Of a stretch of 64,000 nt of DNA, positions 48,003 to 57,011 are shown piece after piece. A model generated the notes under the pieces. It saw only the letters and a program-made list of their open reading frames with translations. It did no database searches and was not told the origin of the DNA. This DNA is from Fervidicoccaceae archaeon. GTDB lineage: Archaea > Thermoproteota > Thermoprotei_A > Sulfolobales > Fervidicoccaceae. The first letter of the stretch is position 1; every line of letters begins with the position of its first letter. The translations under genes and the position numbers were made by a program. The DNA lies in the NCBI GenBank assembly GCA_038734945.1, contig JAVYOA010000001.1:62001-126000 (forward strand), in the 5' to 3' direction.

Positions 48003-50732
48003 TCACTTCTTACCTCTCATGACTGCTCTCAGTGATATGTATATTGTGAGAATTGCTACAACAGCTATAGCTGTGGGAAGCACGTAGGAGTGGAGAGATG
48101 TGCTCGATGTATTTATTGCTGTTGTGGATGTGTTGTTGCTGCTAGGGGATATTGTGAGTGGGATTGAGAGCTCCGTGCTGTACTGCTTTCCAACGTTGTC
48201 TGAATATGTTATGACGAAGTTTACGCTTTCGATTGGCTGCCTTGATTCACCGATGGGATAGGTTCTGGTTATGTTGCCCACTGGCTGTGTTTGGGTAAAT
48301 GTTCTCGTGAAAGTTCTTGTTATTGTTTCATTTCCAGGGAATGTTGTTGCATTTACATTGCTCGAGAGCCTGAAGCTGAATGTCACCGTTGTTGAGGACC
48401 CGCTGTTGAGCTGGTTAATGAAGCTCTGCGAGCCAAGGAGTGTGGAGTACAGAGGGCTCGGGAGGACAGCTATAGTTACATTGTAGGCGGGACCTATGCC
48501 AGTGTTAGCTATTGTCAGGGATGCTGAGAAGGTCTGCCCTGGAGATATTGTTTGGGGGAGAACAGCGTAGTTTGTGATCTTCAGAGATGGGGGCAGTGCC
48601 AAGAGGAAGGTTAAGGTCTTTGATGTGCTTGTTATTGTGGAACCATCGAAGTAGCTTATTGAGGCTGTGAGAGCCACTGTTGATGAGCTCATTGTGGATG
48701 GTATATATAGGGGTATGGAGATCTGTGTTGTTTCTCCCGGACCCAGTGAATCTATGTAGTAATTCCCCGTTCCAGGCAGTATAGTTCCGCTTGGTGGTGT
48801 TAAAGTTATGCTGATCTGCCCTAATGCAAAGCTGTTTGGGTTGATGAGGGAGAGGTTCAGATAGTTTGTCTGTCCTGCAGTCACTATCCAGGTTTCAGTG
48901 CTTATCTGGAGAGGTAGCTTCGAGGTTGCTGGAACTATCATCAGAGTAAAGGGATCGTTTTCAGAGATGATGCTTCCAGTTGTGGGATCTGTATAGGTGA
49001 TTGCAGCAGCAAGGGTCGCGTACTGTATGGACTGAACAGCGTTGGCATAGACGCTGAAGCTCACGCTCCTGCTCTCTCCAGGATTTATGCTTCCCAAGTA
49101 GAATCTTCCGCTGGATCCCACAATGATGAGGTTCCCAGGAGATATGGTGAGCGAAACATTATCAAGCCTCTTTGCTGCTGTGCTTGTTATGGTCAAATTG
49201 ATCTGAGAGCAGCAGAGACCTCCAACAACGCTTTGGGGCGAGGGAGTCACCAGGAAGTTCGAAACTGTGGGGGAGCCCATTATGAGTATGCTTTCGGTTC
49301 TGCTCTCCGTTCTAGCAGTGAATGTTGAATCCGTGTATGACATGCTGAGGGTCAAAGTAGCCATACCGCTGGCTGTAGGTTGAACAATTACCTGGATTGC
49401 TATGCTTCTGCTCTCTCCTGGAAGCAGGTCTCCTACATACCATCTACCATCGAAACCAAGGAAGCTCATTGATTGTGATGGAGATATTGTTACATCTAGG
49501 CCGCTTATCGAGGTATTTCCACTGTTGGTTATTGTCACTGTTATGTTGCCTTTTCCTCCTGCCATCAAGCTATGAGGCTCCAAATCAATGGATAGCACGC
49601 TCTTTGGCTGCACGATTGTTAGGAGAAATGGGATCCTCTGCATTCTGGAAATTCCGTAGCTGTCAGTATAGCTGAGATCGACGTAGAGCTGGAGCACTGT
49701 CTTGCTTCCTGAAATTCCAAGAGGCAGAACGCTGAAGTTAGCCGTAGCTGATTGGTTCGATTGAAGATCACCGAGATAGAGGCTGGAGCTTCCTCCTGAA
49801 GAGAGGAGCTGCTGCGGAAGCTCGAGAGATACTGTCAGGCTTTTTGCTGTCTGGTTCCCGGAATTGATCACAAGAACGCTCAGTGTGCTGTTTGTGCCTG
49901 CAGTGAGAACCGTGGGTGCGAGCTGAACGGATAGCTGAGGAGATGATGGCTGTTGAATGCTCAGATATATGCTTGTGCTATAGCTCTCAGCAATTCCACA
50001 GCTGTCCAAGAAAGAGAGCTTAAAGGAAATTGGTATTAGAGAGCCAGCAGCTGAGGGTGAAATATAAAGAGGTACCTCAGCCTGATATGTTTCCATGGGA
50101 CCTATTGTTCCAATTTTTATACTTTGGTTAAGAACCAGAACTTGCTGCTGTGAAGATGATGCTGTGAGAAGTGCTCCATATGCATATCCGCTACCACCAT
50201 TCTGAATTGGTATGCTGAGATTCACATATCCGGGAGGTGTGGAAATTATAGTTGGAACTGCTAGGGCAATGGAAGGGGTGCTGCTTAGAGTTATAGTAAA
50301 TGGATCTATTTCAACGTTCTTCCATGCCCCGCTGTCGTAGACGTACATGGATATAAATGCCTGGTAGTACCCAGCAGGGGCGCCATTGCTTACATCTATC
50401 CAATAGGAGAGCGTTAGTGTTTGCCCAGGAACCAGAGGGGACATGCTCGTGGCAGTAGCTATGGAACCTCCGCTCAGTGAATCGCTCAGATAGCTTGGCA
50501 GGTAGAGGAGACCCTTCACTCCACCATATGTTGAGTTTCCGTTGTATTTGAGAACGACATTGAGTTGCTGCATCTGCATTCCTGCTCCAACGCATGCTGG
50601 AGACTGCTGCGAGCCCCAGTAAGCGCTCAATACGGTGAATAATCCCCCTTCTTGCTGTGCCTGAGAAGGGGAGGTTATATAGAGAAACGAGAAAAGTATC
50701 AACAATGATAGGAAGATGGCTTTGTTCTTCAT
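48003..50732 (-). CDS. COG1361-type surface protein with tandem Ig/CARDB-like repeats and a C-terminal membrane anchor
   Basis: Signal peptide; repeated N.G...A / (L/I)G.(L/I).PG.S / Y.D..G units; T-rich linker; C-terminal TM + RGKK. Confidence 0.8.
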   Translation of the reverse strand: MKNKAIFLSLLILFSFLYITSPSQAQQEGGLFTVLSAYWGSQQSPACVGAGMQMQQLNVVLKYNGNSTYGGVKGLLYLPSYLSDSLSGGSIATATSMSPLVPGQTLTLSYWIDVSNGAPAGYYQAFISMYVYDSGAWKNVEIDPFTITLSSTPSIALAVPTIISTPPGYVNLSIPIQNGGSGYAYGALLTASSSQQQVLVLNQSIKIGTIGPMETYQAEVPLYISPSAAGSLIPISFKLSFLDSCGIAESYSTSIYLSIQQPSSPQLSVQLAPTVLTAGTNSTLSVLVINSGNQTAKSLTVSLELPQQLLSSGGSSSLYLGDLQSNQSATANFSVLPLGISGSKTVLQLYVDLSYTDSYGISRMQRIPFLLTIVQPKSVLSIDLEPHSLMAGGKGNITVTITNSGNTSISGLDVTISPSQSMSFLGFDGRWYVGDLLPGESRSIAIQVIVQPTASGMATLTLSMSYTDSTFTARTESRTESILIMGSPTVSNFLVTPSPQSVVGGLCCSQINLTITSTAAKRLDNVSLTISPGNLIIVGSSGRFYLGSINPGESRSVSFSVYANAVQSIQYATLAAAITYTDPTTGSIISENDPFTLMIVPATSKLPLQISTETWIVTAGQTNYLNLSLINPNSFALGQISITLTPPSGTILPGTGNYYIDSLGPGETTQISIPLYIPSTMSSSTVALTASISYFDGSTITSTSKTLTFLLALPPSLKITNYAVLPQTISPGQTFSASLTIANTGIGPAYNVTIAVLPSPLYSTLLGSQSFINQLNSGSSTTVTFSFRLSSNVNATTFPGNETITRTFTRTFTQTQPVGNITRTYPIGESRQPIESVNFVITYSDNVGKQYSTELSIPLTISPSSNNTSTTAINTSSTSLHSYVLPTAIAVVAILTIYISLRAVMRGKK

Positions 50733-51433
50733 GATGAGATCCCCCTGCTCTCCTTTATTTCTACAATTTTACCATCTCTTATCCTGACTATCCTGTCTGC
50801 AAAGCTTGTGAGCTCCAAGTTGTGGGTTGCCATGACTATTGTCTTTCCCTGATCCCTCAGCTCTCTGAATATCCTGGCTATGTTTGTAGAGTTTACCGAG
50901 TCCAGATTCCCTGTCGGCTCATCCGCTATTATTATCTCAGGATTATTCACTAGAGCCCTCGCTATAGCAACCCTCTGCTGCTCCCCCCCGCTTAGCTCAA
51001 GAGGCTTCTTATTGAAGGCAGATTCTGGGAGAAAGTTGCTAAGAATCTCCAGGGCCCTCCTCCTTCTCTCTCTAGGGGGTATCCCCAGAGCGATCATGGG
51101 AAGCTCCACGTTTTCAATGGCTGTGAGGTGAGGTATCAAATTGAAAGATTGGAAGACGAAGCCCATCTTTTTGTTCCTGAGCTCAGCGAGCTGATTGTCT
51201 GTGAGTGAATTAAGATCTGTGTTGTCAAGAATGACCTTTCCTTTTGTAGGCCTGTCGATGGTGCCACATATGTTGAGCAGAGTTGTCTTTCCGTGCCCTG
51301 ATGGTCCAACAATGCTTATGAATTCCCCTCTGTTTATCTCGAGAGAGACCCCCCTGAGGGCAGGGTATTCCACTTTGCCAATTCTGTAGATCTTCCAAAC
51401 ATCATTAAGAGTCATGAGAGCCCTATTGCTCAA
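50729..51433 (-). CDS. LolD/MacB-type ABC ATPase
   Basis: [45 protein letters not shown]. Confidence 0.93.
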   Translation of the reverse strand: MSNRALMTLNDVWKIYRIGKVEYPALRGVSLEINRGEFISIVGPSGHGKTTLLNICGTIDRPTKGKVILDNTDLNSLTDNQLAELRNKKMGFVFQSFNLIPHLTAIENVELPMIALGIPPRERRRRALEILSNFLPESAFNKKPLELSGGEQQRVAIARALVNNPEIIIADEPTGNLDSVNSTNIARIFRELRDQGKTIVMATHNLELTSFADRIVRIRDGKIVEIKESRGISS

Positions 51434-51629
51434 TTATCTCGCCTAGTTTTGAGCTTCACTCAAGTCCTTATATATACTTCTGCGGGAAATGTGCGGGACT
51501 AGCAAACAGGGGAATAATCTGCTCTGTTGTTAATATGAATCCCGAATGTTTCAAATGCAAAAAATTGCGAAAAGAATCATGGACTTTAGCTTTTGCGCGA
51601 ACTTTTGTCGTTATTGTAAAAATTTGTTT

Positions 51630-51649
51630 TCTATTTAAGAGAAAATAGA
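51630..51649. promoter_or_regulatory. Inverted repeat, candidate operator upstream of kdgT
   Basis: TCTATTT-aagaga-AAATAGA about 45 nt before the kdgT SD. Confidence 0.3.
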
Positions 51650-51695
51650 TGTTAAATTTATTTCTCAGTTACAATCCTAATAGTTCCTTAACTAG

Positions 51696-52658
51696 GTGAT
51701 TCTTATTAGGATATGGGATTCGATAAATAGGGTACCCGGAGGACTCATGATAATTCCTCTTATTCTTGGAAGTCTCGTAAAGACCTTTTTCCCTTCTTTT
51801 CTGGATATGGGGAGTTTTGTTACGGCTCTCTTTAAGCAGTCTGCCTTACCTCTAATAGCGCTGTTAATCTTTGCAACAGGAGCACAAACTACTGTTAGAG
51901 TTGCGCCAAAGGTATTAGCAAAAGCGGGTGCTTTACTCCTTGCTAAGACTCTGGTTCCAGGAGCAATAATAGCAGCTCTAGGAATATATTTACTTGGGAG
52001 AGGAGAAGTATTACCAGGAATCAGTGTTCTATCTCTTCTTGCTGCTTTATCAAATTCAAATGGCGGACTGTGGATTGCTCTTGCTTCCCAGTATGGCGAT
52101 GCTACTGATGTGGGAGCATATATCGCAAGCGCACTCAACGATGGTCCTTTTTTCACAATGCTTTTTCTTGGGGTTGCTGGGCTTGCTCAAATACCAGGGC
52201 TTGCTCTTCTAGCCGCAGTTCTTCCTTACATTCTGGGATTTATCTTGGGGAATTTAGATCAAAAAATTGGGGAAATTTATAAGCCAACTGCATCGATAGT
52301 TATTCCATTTTTTGCGTTTGCCCTTGGAGCAGGAATTGATATAAGATCTCTGGGCATGGGTGCTATTGGTGGTACAATAATAGGACTTCTTTCGACTTTT
52401 TTAACAGGAGCGTTTGGCTTTTTATCGTATAAAGCATTTTTCAAGGACGCTAATCCCGGTGTAGGATTTGCTATAGGAACAACGGCTGGAAATTCCGTTG
52501 TTGTTCCATCCATAGTTGCACAGGTTGATCCTAGATATGCTTCACTTGTTGCTTCAGCCAGTGCTGCATGTGCTACAGCTGTACTAATAACTGCTATCTT
52601 AACTCCAGTAGTCACACATATAGTCGCTACTAGATATAGAATGCAGAGGAATGCTTGA
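51696..52658 (+). CDS. kdgT: 2-keto-3-deoxygluconate permease family (KdgT) transporter
   Basis: RVPGGLMIIPLILG, NSNGGLW...YG, NDGPFFTM, LGNLD, IPFFAFALG, TTAGN. Confidence 0.88.
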   Translation: MILIRIWDSINRVPGGLMIIPLILGSLVKTFFPSFLDMGSFVTALFKQSALPLIALLIFATGAQTTVRVAPKVLAKAGALLLAKTLVPGAIIAALGIYLLGRGEVLPGISVLSLLAALSNSNGGLWIALASQYGDATDVGAYIASALNDGPFFTMLFLGVAGLAQIPGLALLAAVLPYILGFILGNLDQKIGEIYKPTASIVIPFFAFALGAGIDIRSLGMGAIGGTIIGLLSTFLTGAFGFLSYKAFFKDANPGVGFAIGTTAGNSVVVPSIVAQVDPRYASLVASASAACATAVLITAILTPVVTHIVATRYRMQRNA

Positions 52659-53917
52659 TGTTTGGAATATTTAAAAAAGCTTTAATACTTGCTGATGATT
52701 ACACGGGAGGAAGCGATACTGCTGTTCAATTTTCTAAGGCTGGATATAAAGTATCGCTTACTTCAGATTTGAAGGATCTGGGAATCCTCTTGAGAGAAAG
52801 TGACGTTGTCGCATATAGTACTGAAAGTAGGAACATACCCCCTCGGGACGCTAAGAAAAAAATTGAAGAAGCTATAGAGATAATTCGCGAAGAGTTAAAG
52901 AGTATTGGAATCCGATTCAATGAAGTTTTATTCTACAAAAAAATTGACTCCACGTTAAGAGGGAATATACTAGAAGAAGTAGCCGAAGCTACAGAGAAAC
53001 TAGGAGCTGACATTGTTGTTTTTTCTCCTGCCTTACCTAAACAGGGAAGAACTACAATTAATGGAGTTCATTTAGTTAGTGGTTTACCAGTTTCAGAAAC
53101 ATATTTTGGAAAAGATCCTAGATCTCCAACTAAGAGCTCAAGGATTAGTTGGTATTTAAGTTGGGTAAAAGAAGAAGAAAGAATACATTTTACTCTTGAA
53201 GATCTAAGAATAGGAGGGGAAAAGGATCTTTGCTCTTACAAGGCAATCTCTTCAGATATAGAAACAGATGAAGATCTTGATATATTTGTAAAAACTGTAG
53301 GAAAATGCGCCAGAAATAAGATAATTCTCTGGGTAGGGTCTGCTGGGATGGCTGAAGCACTACTTCGAAATACACTCATTTATACTGGATCCCCTAAACT
53401 CCTTTTCTGTATTGGCTCTATTAATGAAGTGACAAGAAAGCAAATGCGTATTTTAATAGAAACGGAAGATGTTGATGCGATTAAAATAGATCTAGAAAAA
53501 GCTATCAAGAATGCTACAGAAGAAGAACAAAGAGTAATAGATACGGTCAGAAAAAGTAAAAAAAGATGTGTGCTGATAACCTCAAGTTTAACAGAGGATC
53601 AAATAGATACAGGTAGAGCTCTTGCGGGTGAACTCAAGCTAAACATGTCCGATTTAGGTTATTTGATAGCGAAGTTTCTTGGCAAAGTATGTTCAGATAT
53701 AATAAAAAAAGAGGTTTTTGGAGGGGTATTTATGAGTGGTGGAGATATCTCTGCTTCTGTTATGAAGCAACTAGGAAGCACAACTACTTTCGTTATTGGT
53801 GAGATAGAGCCTGGAATTCCTCTAATGCAACATATTGCTGCTCGAGTCAGATTTGCTACTAAAGCAGGTGGATTTGGAGATGATTTTACTTTGATAAGAG
53901 TTCTTTACAGGTTATAA
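52658..53917 (+). CDS. DUF1537 four-carbon acid sugar kinase (DtnK/DenK-like)
   Basis: ADDYTGGSD, TESR, YKKIDSTLRGN, GRTT, SGGD, TKAGGFG. Confidence 0.9.
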   Translation: MFGIFKKALILADDYTGGSDTAVQFSKAGYKVSLTSDLKDLGILLRESDVVAYSTESRNIPPRDAKKKIEEAIEIIREELKSIGIRFNEVLFYKKIDSTLRGNILEEVAEATEKLGADIVVFSPALPKQGRTTINGVHLVSGLPVSETYFGKDPRSPTKSSRISWYLSWVKEEERIHFTLEDLRIGGEKDLCSYKAISSDIETDEDLDIFVKTVGKCARNKIILWVGSAGMAEALLRNTLIYTGSPKLLFCIGSINEVTRKQMRILIETEDVDAIKIDLEKAIKNATEEEQRVIDTVRKSKKRCVLITSSLTEDQIDTGRALAGELKLNMSDLGYLIAKFLGKVCSDIIKKEVFGGVFMSGGDISASVMKQLGSTTTFVIGEIEPGIPLMQHIAARVRFATKAGGFGDDFTLIRVLYRL

Positions 53918-53932
53918 ACGGAGGAATTACCT

Positions 53933-54946
53933 ATGGGTATTATACTTATAACTATTGGAGACCCTGCTGGTTCTGGTCCAGAAATTGTGCTAAAAGCTCT
54001 CTCACATAAAAAAATATATGAAAGAAGTAAAATTGCTGTAATAGGAAGCTTAAAGGTTTTAGAAAAAGCAAGAGAGATAGTCAAAGCAAATAGCTTGAAA
54101 CTAACCAAAATAGAAGACCCAGGTGAAGTAGAACAGTTCGAACCAATGAATATTGGAGTAGTTGATTTGGACAACGTAGATCCTAGAAAAATTGTGTATG
54201 GATCTCCTTCAGAATTGGGAGGAAGAGCATCTTTCGAATACATTTCTAAGGCTGTTGAATTGATATTGAAGAGAAAAGGAACTGCCCTTGTTACTGCACC
54301 AATAAGCAAGGAAAGTCTGCATATGGCTGGAATTAATTACCCTGGGCATACCGAACTCTTGGCAGATCTTGCTGGAGTGAAGGAAGTTAGAATGATGTTA
54401 GTAGCTGGGAATTTCAGGGTATCCCATGTAACTACACATGTATCATTGAGAAAGGCCATTGAAGAATTAATAAAAAAGGAGAGAATCTTAAAAACTATTG
54501 AAATGACTTATGAAGCTCTTGTTAAGTTTTTCTGCATATCAGAACCAAAAATTGCTGTATCCGGATTGAATCCACATGCCAGTGAGAATGGGCTTTTTGG
54601 TGATGAAGAACTAAGAGAAATAAGTCCCGCAATTGAAGCTGCTAGAGAGCGGAGAATTAATGCTCTTGGTCCTTTTCCTCCAGATACTATATTTTATAGG
54701 GCTTATAGAGAAAAAGAGTTCGATGCTGTTATAGCTATGTACCATGATCAAGGACATATACCTGTAAAAATGGTAGGTTTCCTTGAGGGGGTAAACCTAA
54801 CGCTTGGTTTACCTTTTGTTAGAACTTCCCCAGATCAAGGAACTGCTTTGGGGAAGGCTGGAACTGGGCTAGCGGATGAAAAAGCTACATTGGAAGCTAT
54901 AAAGTTAGCTATCCAAATCTCTGAGAACCTTGAGAATAATTGTTGA
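53933..54946 (+). CDS. pdxA2: PdxA-family dehydrogenase (PdxA2, D-threonate/erythronate-4-phosphate dehydrogenase-like)
   Basis: GDPAGSGPE, TAPISKE, GHTE, TTHVSL, LNPHA, PPDT, MYHDQGH; adjacent to a DUF1537 kinase. Confidence 0.88.
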   Translation: MGIILITIGDPAGSGPEIVLKALSHKKIYERSKIAVIGSLKVLEKAREIVKANSLKLTKIEDPGEVEQFEPMNIGVVDLDNVDPRKIVYGSPSELGGRASFEYISKAVELILKRKGTALVTAPISKESLHMAGINYPGHTELLADLAGVKEVRMMLVAGNFRVSHVTTHVSLRKAIEELIKKERILKTIEMTYEALVKFFCISEPKIAVSGLNPHASENGLFGDEELREISPAIEAARERRINALGPFPPDTIFYRAYREKEFDAVIAMYHDQGHIPVKMVGFLEGVNLTLGLPFVRTSPDQGTALGKAGTGLADEKATLEAIKLAIQISENLENNC

Positions 54947-54982
54947 AGTTATGATGGATTTACAATTCTGCATCATGAAGAA

Positions 54983-56311
54983 GTGATGAAATTGGGGAAA
55001 AATCCCTGGCTTTTGCTTCTCTCCACCACCTTAGCTAGCTCCCTCGTCCCATTCCTGACAAGCAGCACAAGCATAGCGCTTCCATTCATTGCTAGAGAGT
55101 TGAACATCTCATATTCAACAGCAAATTGGATCAATAACTTCTTCCTTATTCCTCTTTCCGCATTGGTGCTCATTGCAGGAAGAATAGGAGATTGGGTGGG
55201 AAGGGGAAAAATTTATCTTCTTGGACTCGCTTTGTTTGCAGCATCATCAGCTCTTGCCATGGTACCCATAAATAGCATATATTGGCTATTCCCTGATAGA
55301 GCTGTGCAGGGGATAAGTGGAGCGCTTGTGACTTCCGTTGCTGTGGCCCTAATATCGGAGGCCTTTCCTCCTTCGATGAGGGGCAGGGTAATTGGGATAA
55401 ATACCATGGCTGTCTATGTTGGCCTGAGTCTAGGACCTCTACTAGGAGGAGCTTTAACTTCTTCTCTTGGTTGGAGATCGATATTTCTCTTCTCTCTGGC
55501 TATTTCAGCTATTAGCTTTTTATTTGGCCTAAAAGCTCTGAGCTTGGAGAGAGGGGTGCTTGAGCGTCCTCCTTTTCTGAAGGGGTTTCTGTTTGCTTGC
55601 TCAACAGCCCTCATAGCTACTGGAGCTTCTGTCATGCAGAGAGCTGCTATTGGAGGGGGAATCGCCCTGCTTGGGGCACTTGCCTTTATATCAATTATGC
55701 TTGCAGAGAGGGGGAGAGGAGAGCTGTTGCATAGAAAGCTCTTTACTTCCAGGCTCATGATGTCATACTCTGCTGCTATGCTGAACTATAGTGCAACTTT
55801 TGCTTTGACTGTTCTGCTGAGTCTATATCTGGAGGAGATTAGGGGGATGAGCCCGATGGAGGCTGGAGCAATTCTGACAGTTCAGCCAGTGATCCAGGCT
55901 ATTCTGTCTCCAGTTGCTGGTTTGCTGGCAGAAAAGGTGGATCCATCTCTAATTGCAACATTTGGAATGGGGATCATCGCAATAGCTATTGCATCGCTTC
56001 TTCCAATCATATCAACGAGCGGAATCTCTGTGCTGTACCTGTCACTAATTCTTCTCGGCATAGGGTTTGCTCTCTTTGCCTCTCCCAACACAACTGCTAT
56101 TGTTTACCTCACCCCAAGAGAGGCTTATGCCTCTTCTCTAGCTTTTCTGGCCACAATGAGATATTTTGGACAGTCGATAAGCACATCGATAATTACGTCA
56201 GTTGAGGCAATAGTCCCTTATCTGAAGTCGAGCCTGTACATTAGCTTGGAGATCTACATTGCACTGAGCGTTCTTGGAACTCTCCTTTCTTTTCTGGCAA
56301 GGAGGCGCTAG
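54983..56311 (+). CDS. MFS transporter (DHA2-like)
   Basis: IALPFIA, GRIGDWVGRGK, RAVQG, GPLLGG, WRSIF, FASPNT. Confidence 0.88.
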   Translation: MMKLGKNPWLLLLSTTLASSLVPFLTSSTSIALPFIARELNISYSTANWINNFFLIPLSALVLIAGRIGDWVGRGKIYLLGLALFAASSALAMVPINSIYWLFPDRAVQGISGALVTSVAVALISEAFPPSMRGRVIGINTMAVYVGLSLGPLLGGALTSSLGWRSIFLFSLAISAISFLFGLKALSLERGVLERPPFLKGFLFACSTALIATGASVMQRAAIGGGIALLGALAFISIMLAERGRGELLHRKLFTSRLMMSYSAAMLNYSATFALTVLLSLYLEEIRGMSPMEAGAILTVQPVIQAILSPVAGLLAEKVDPSLIATFGMGIIAIAIASLLPIISTSGISVLYLSLILLGIGFALFASPNTTAIVYLTPREAYASSLAFLATMRYFGQSISTSIITSVEAIVPYLKSSLYISLEIYIALSVLGTLLSFLARRR

Positions 56312-56916
56312 AGGACCTCGTGATGTCTGCGGCATCTGGGCTCATAGCTCTCCCTCCCTCCTATTAATATTCGAGGAGCATCCCTTGGTGCCGCTTTTCC
56401 ATCTATTAACCTTTGAGTTCTCGTTGCTGGAGAACCGCAGCGTTTCCCTGTTCTTGGATCAATGTAAGTGCAAACAGCCTGAAGGGAGATTATTTCGTCT
56501 GCCCTTGGCAGCAGCTCCTTCACTATCTCCCAGGGCTCTCCTCTGAAGTCTAAATTTAGGGCGGCAGCAAAGATCCTTTTCTCTAGGCTAATCCTCAGAA
56601 GAAAATCAACGATTTTGCTGTTGTACTCGAAAAATTGGAGCTCGTCTATTCCAATAACATCTGCACTCTTCAGCTCTTCTGCTACTGAAAGCAAGCCATT
56701 GAAGTTTGGCTCTATTACAAGCGCCTCCATCTTGAGTCCATCATGGCTGACTACCTCTCTGTCTGAATATCTCCTGTCTATGGAAGGCTTAACCAGAATG
56801 GTGCTGTATCCGGCCATTCTGTATCTGGTTAGCATTCTGAGCAGCTCCGTTGTCTTCCCAGAGAACATGGGTCCAACTATTATCGTCAGTCCGAATTCGG
56901 CTGAATCTCTGCTCAT
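56308..56916 (-). CDS. tdk: Thymidine kinase
   Basis: GPMFSGKTTEL, KPSIDRRY, IDELQF, LDFRGEP, IGGRESYEPRCRRH. Confidence 0.95.
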   Translation of the reverse strand: MSRDSAEFGLTIIVGPMFSGKTTELLRMLTRYRMAGYSTILVKPSIDRRYSDREVVSHDGLKMEALVIEPNFNGLLSVAEELKSADVIGIDELQFFEYNSKIVDFLLRISLEKRIFAAALNLDFRGEPWEIVKELLPRADEIISLQAVCTYIDPRTGKRCGSPATRTQRLIDGKAAPRDAPRILIGGRESYEPRCRRHHEVL

Positions 56917-57011
56917 TTCTCATGCGCCACTGAAAGTTATTGCGAAAAGTGTAATATTTAGTCTTCCTCATAAAACCCTGGTGGTGCTCCCTGGTCGTTG
57001 ATGAGGATCTG

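Noticed and set aside
53933..54946. pdxA as vitamin B6 biosynthesis
   Set aside because: Context with a DUF1537 kinase and KdgT indicates the catabolic PdxA2 role.
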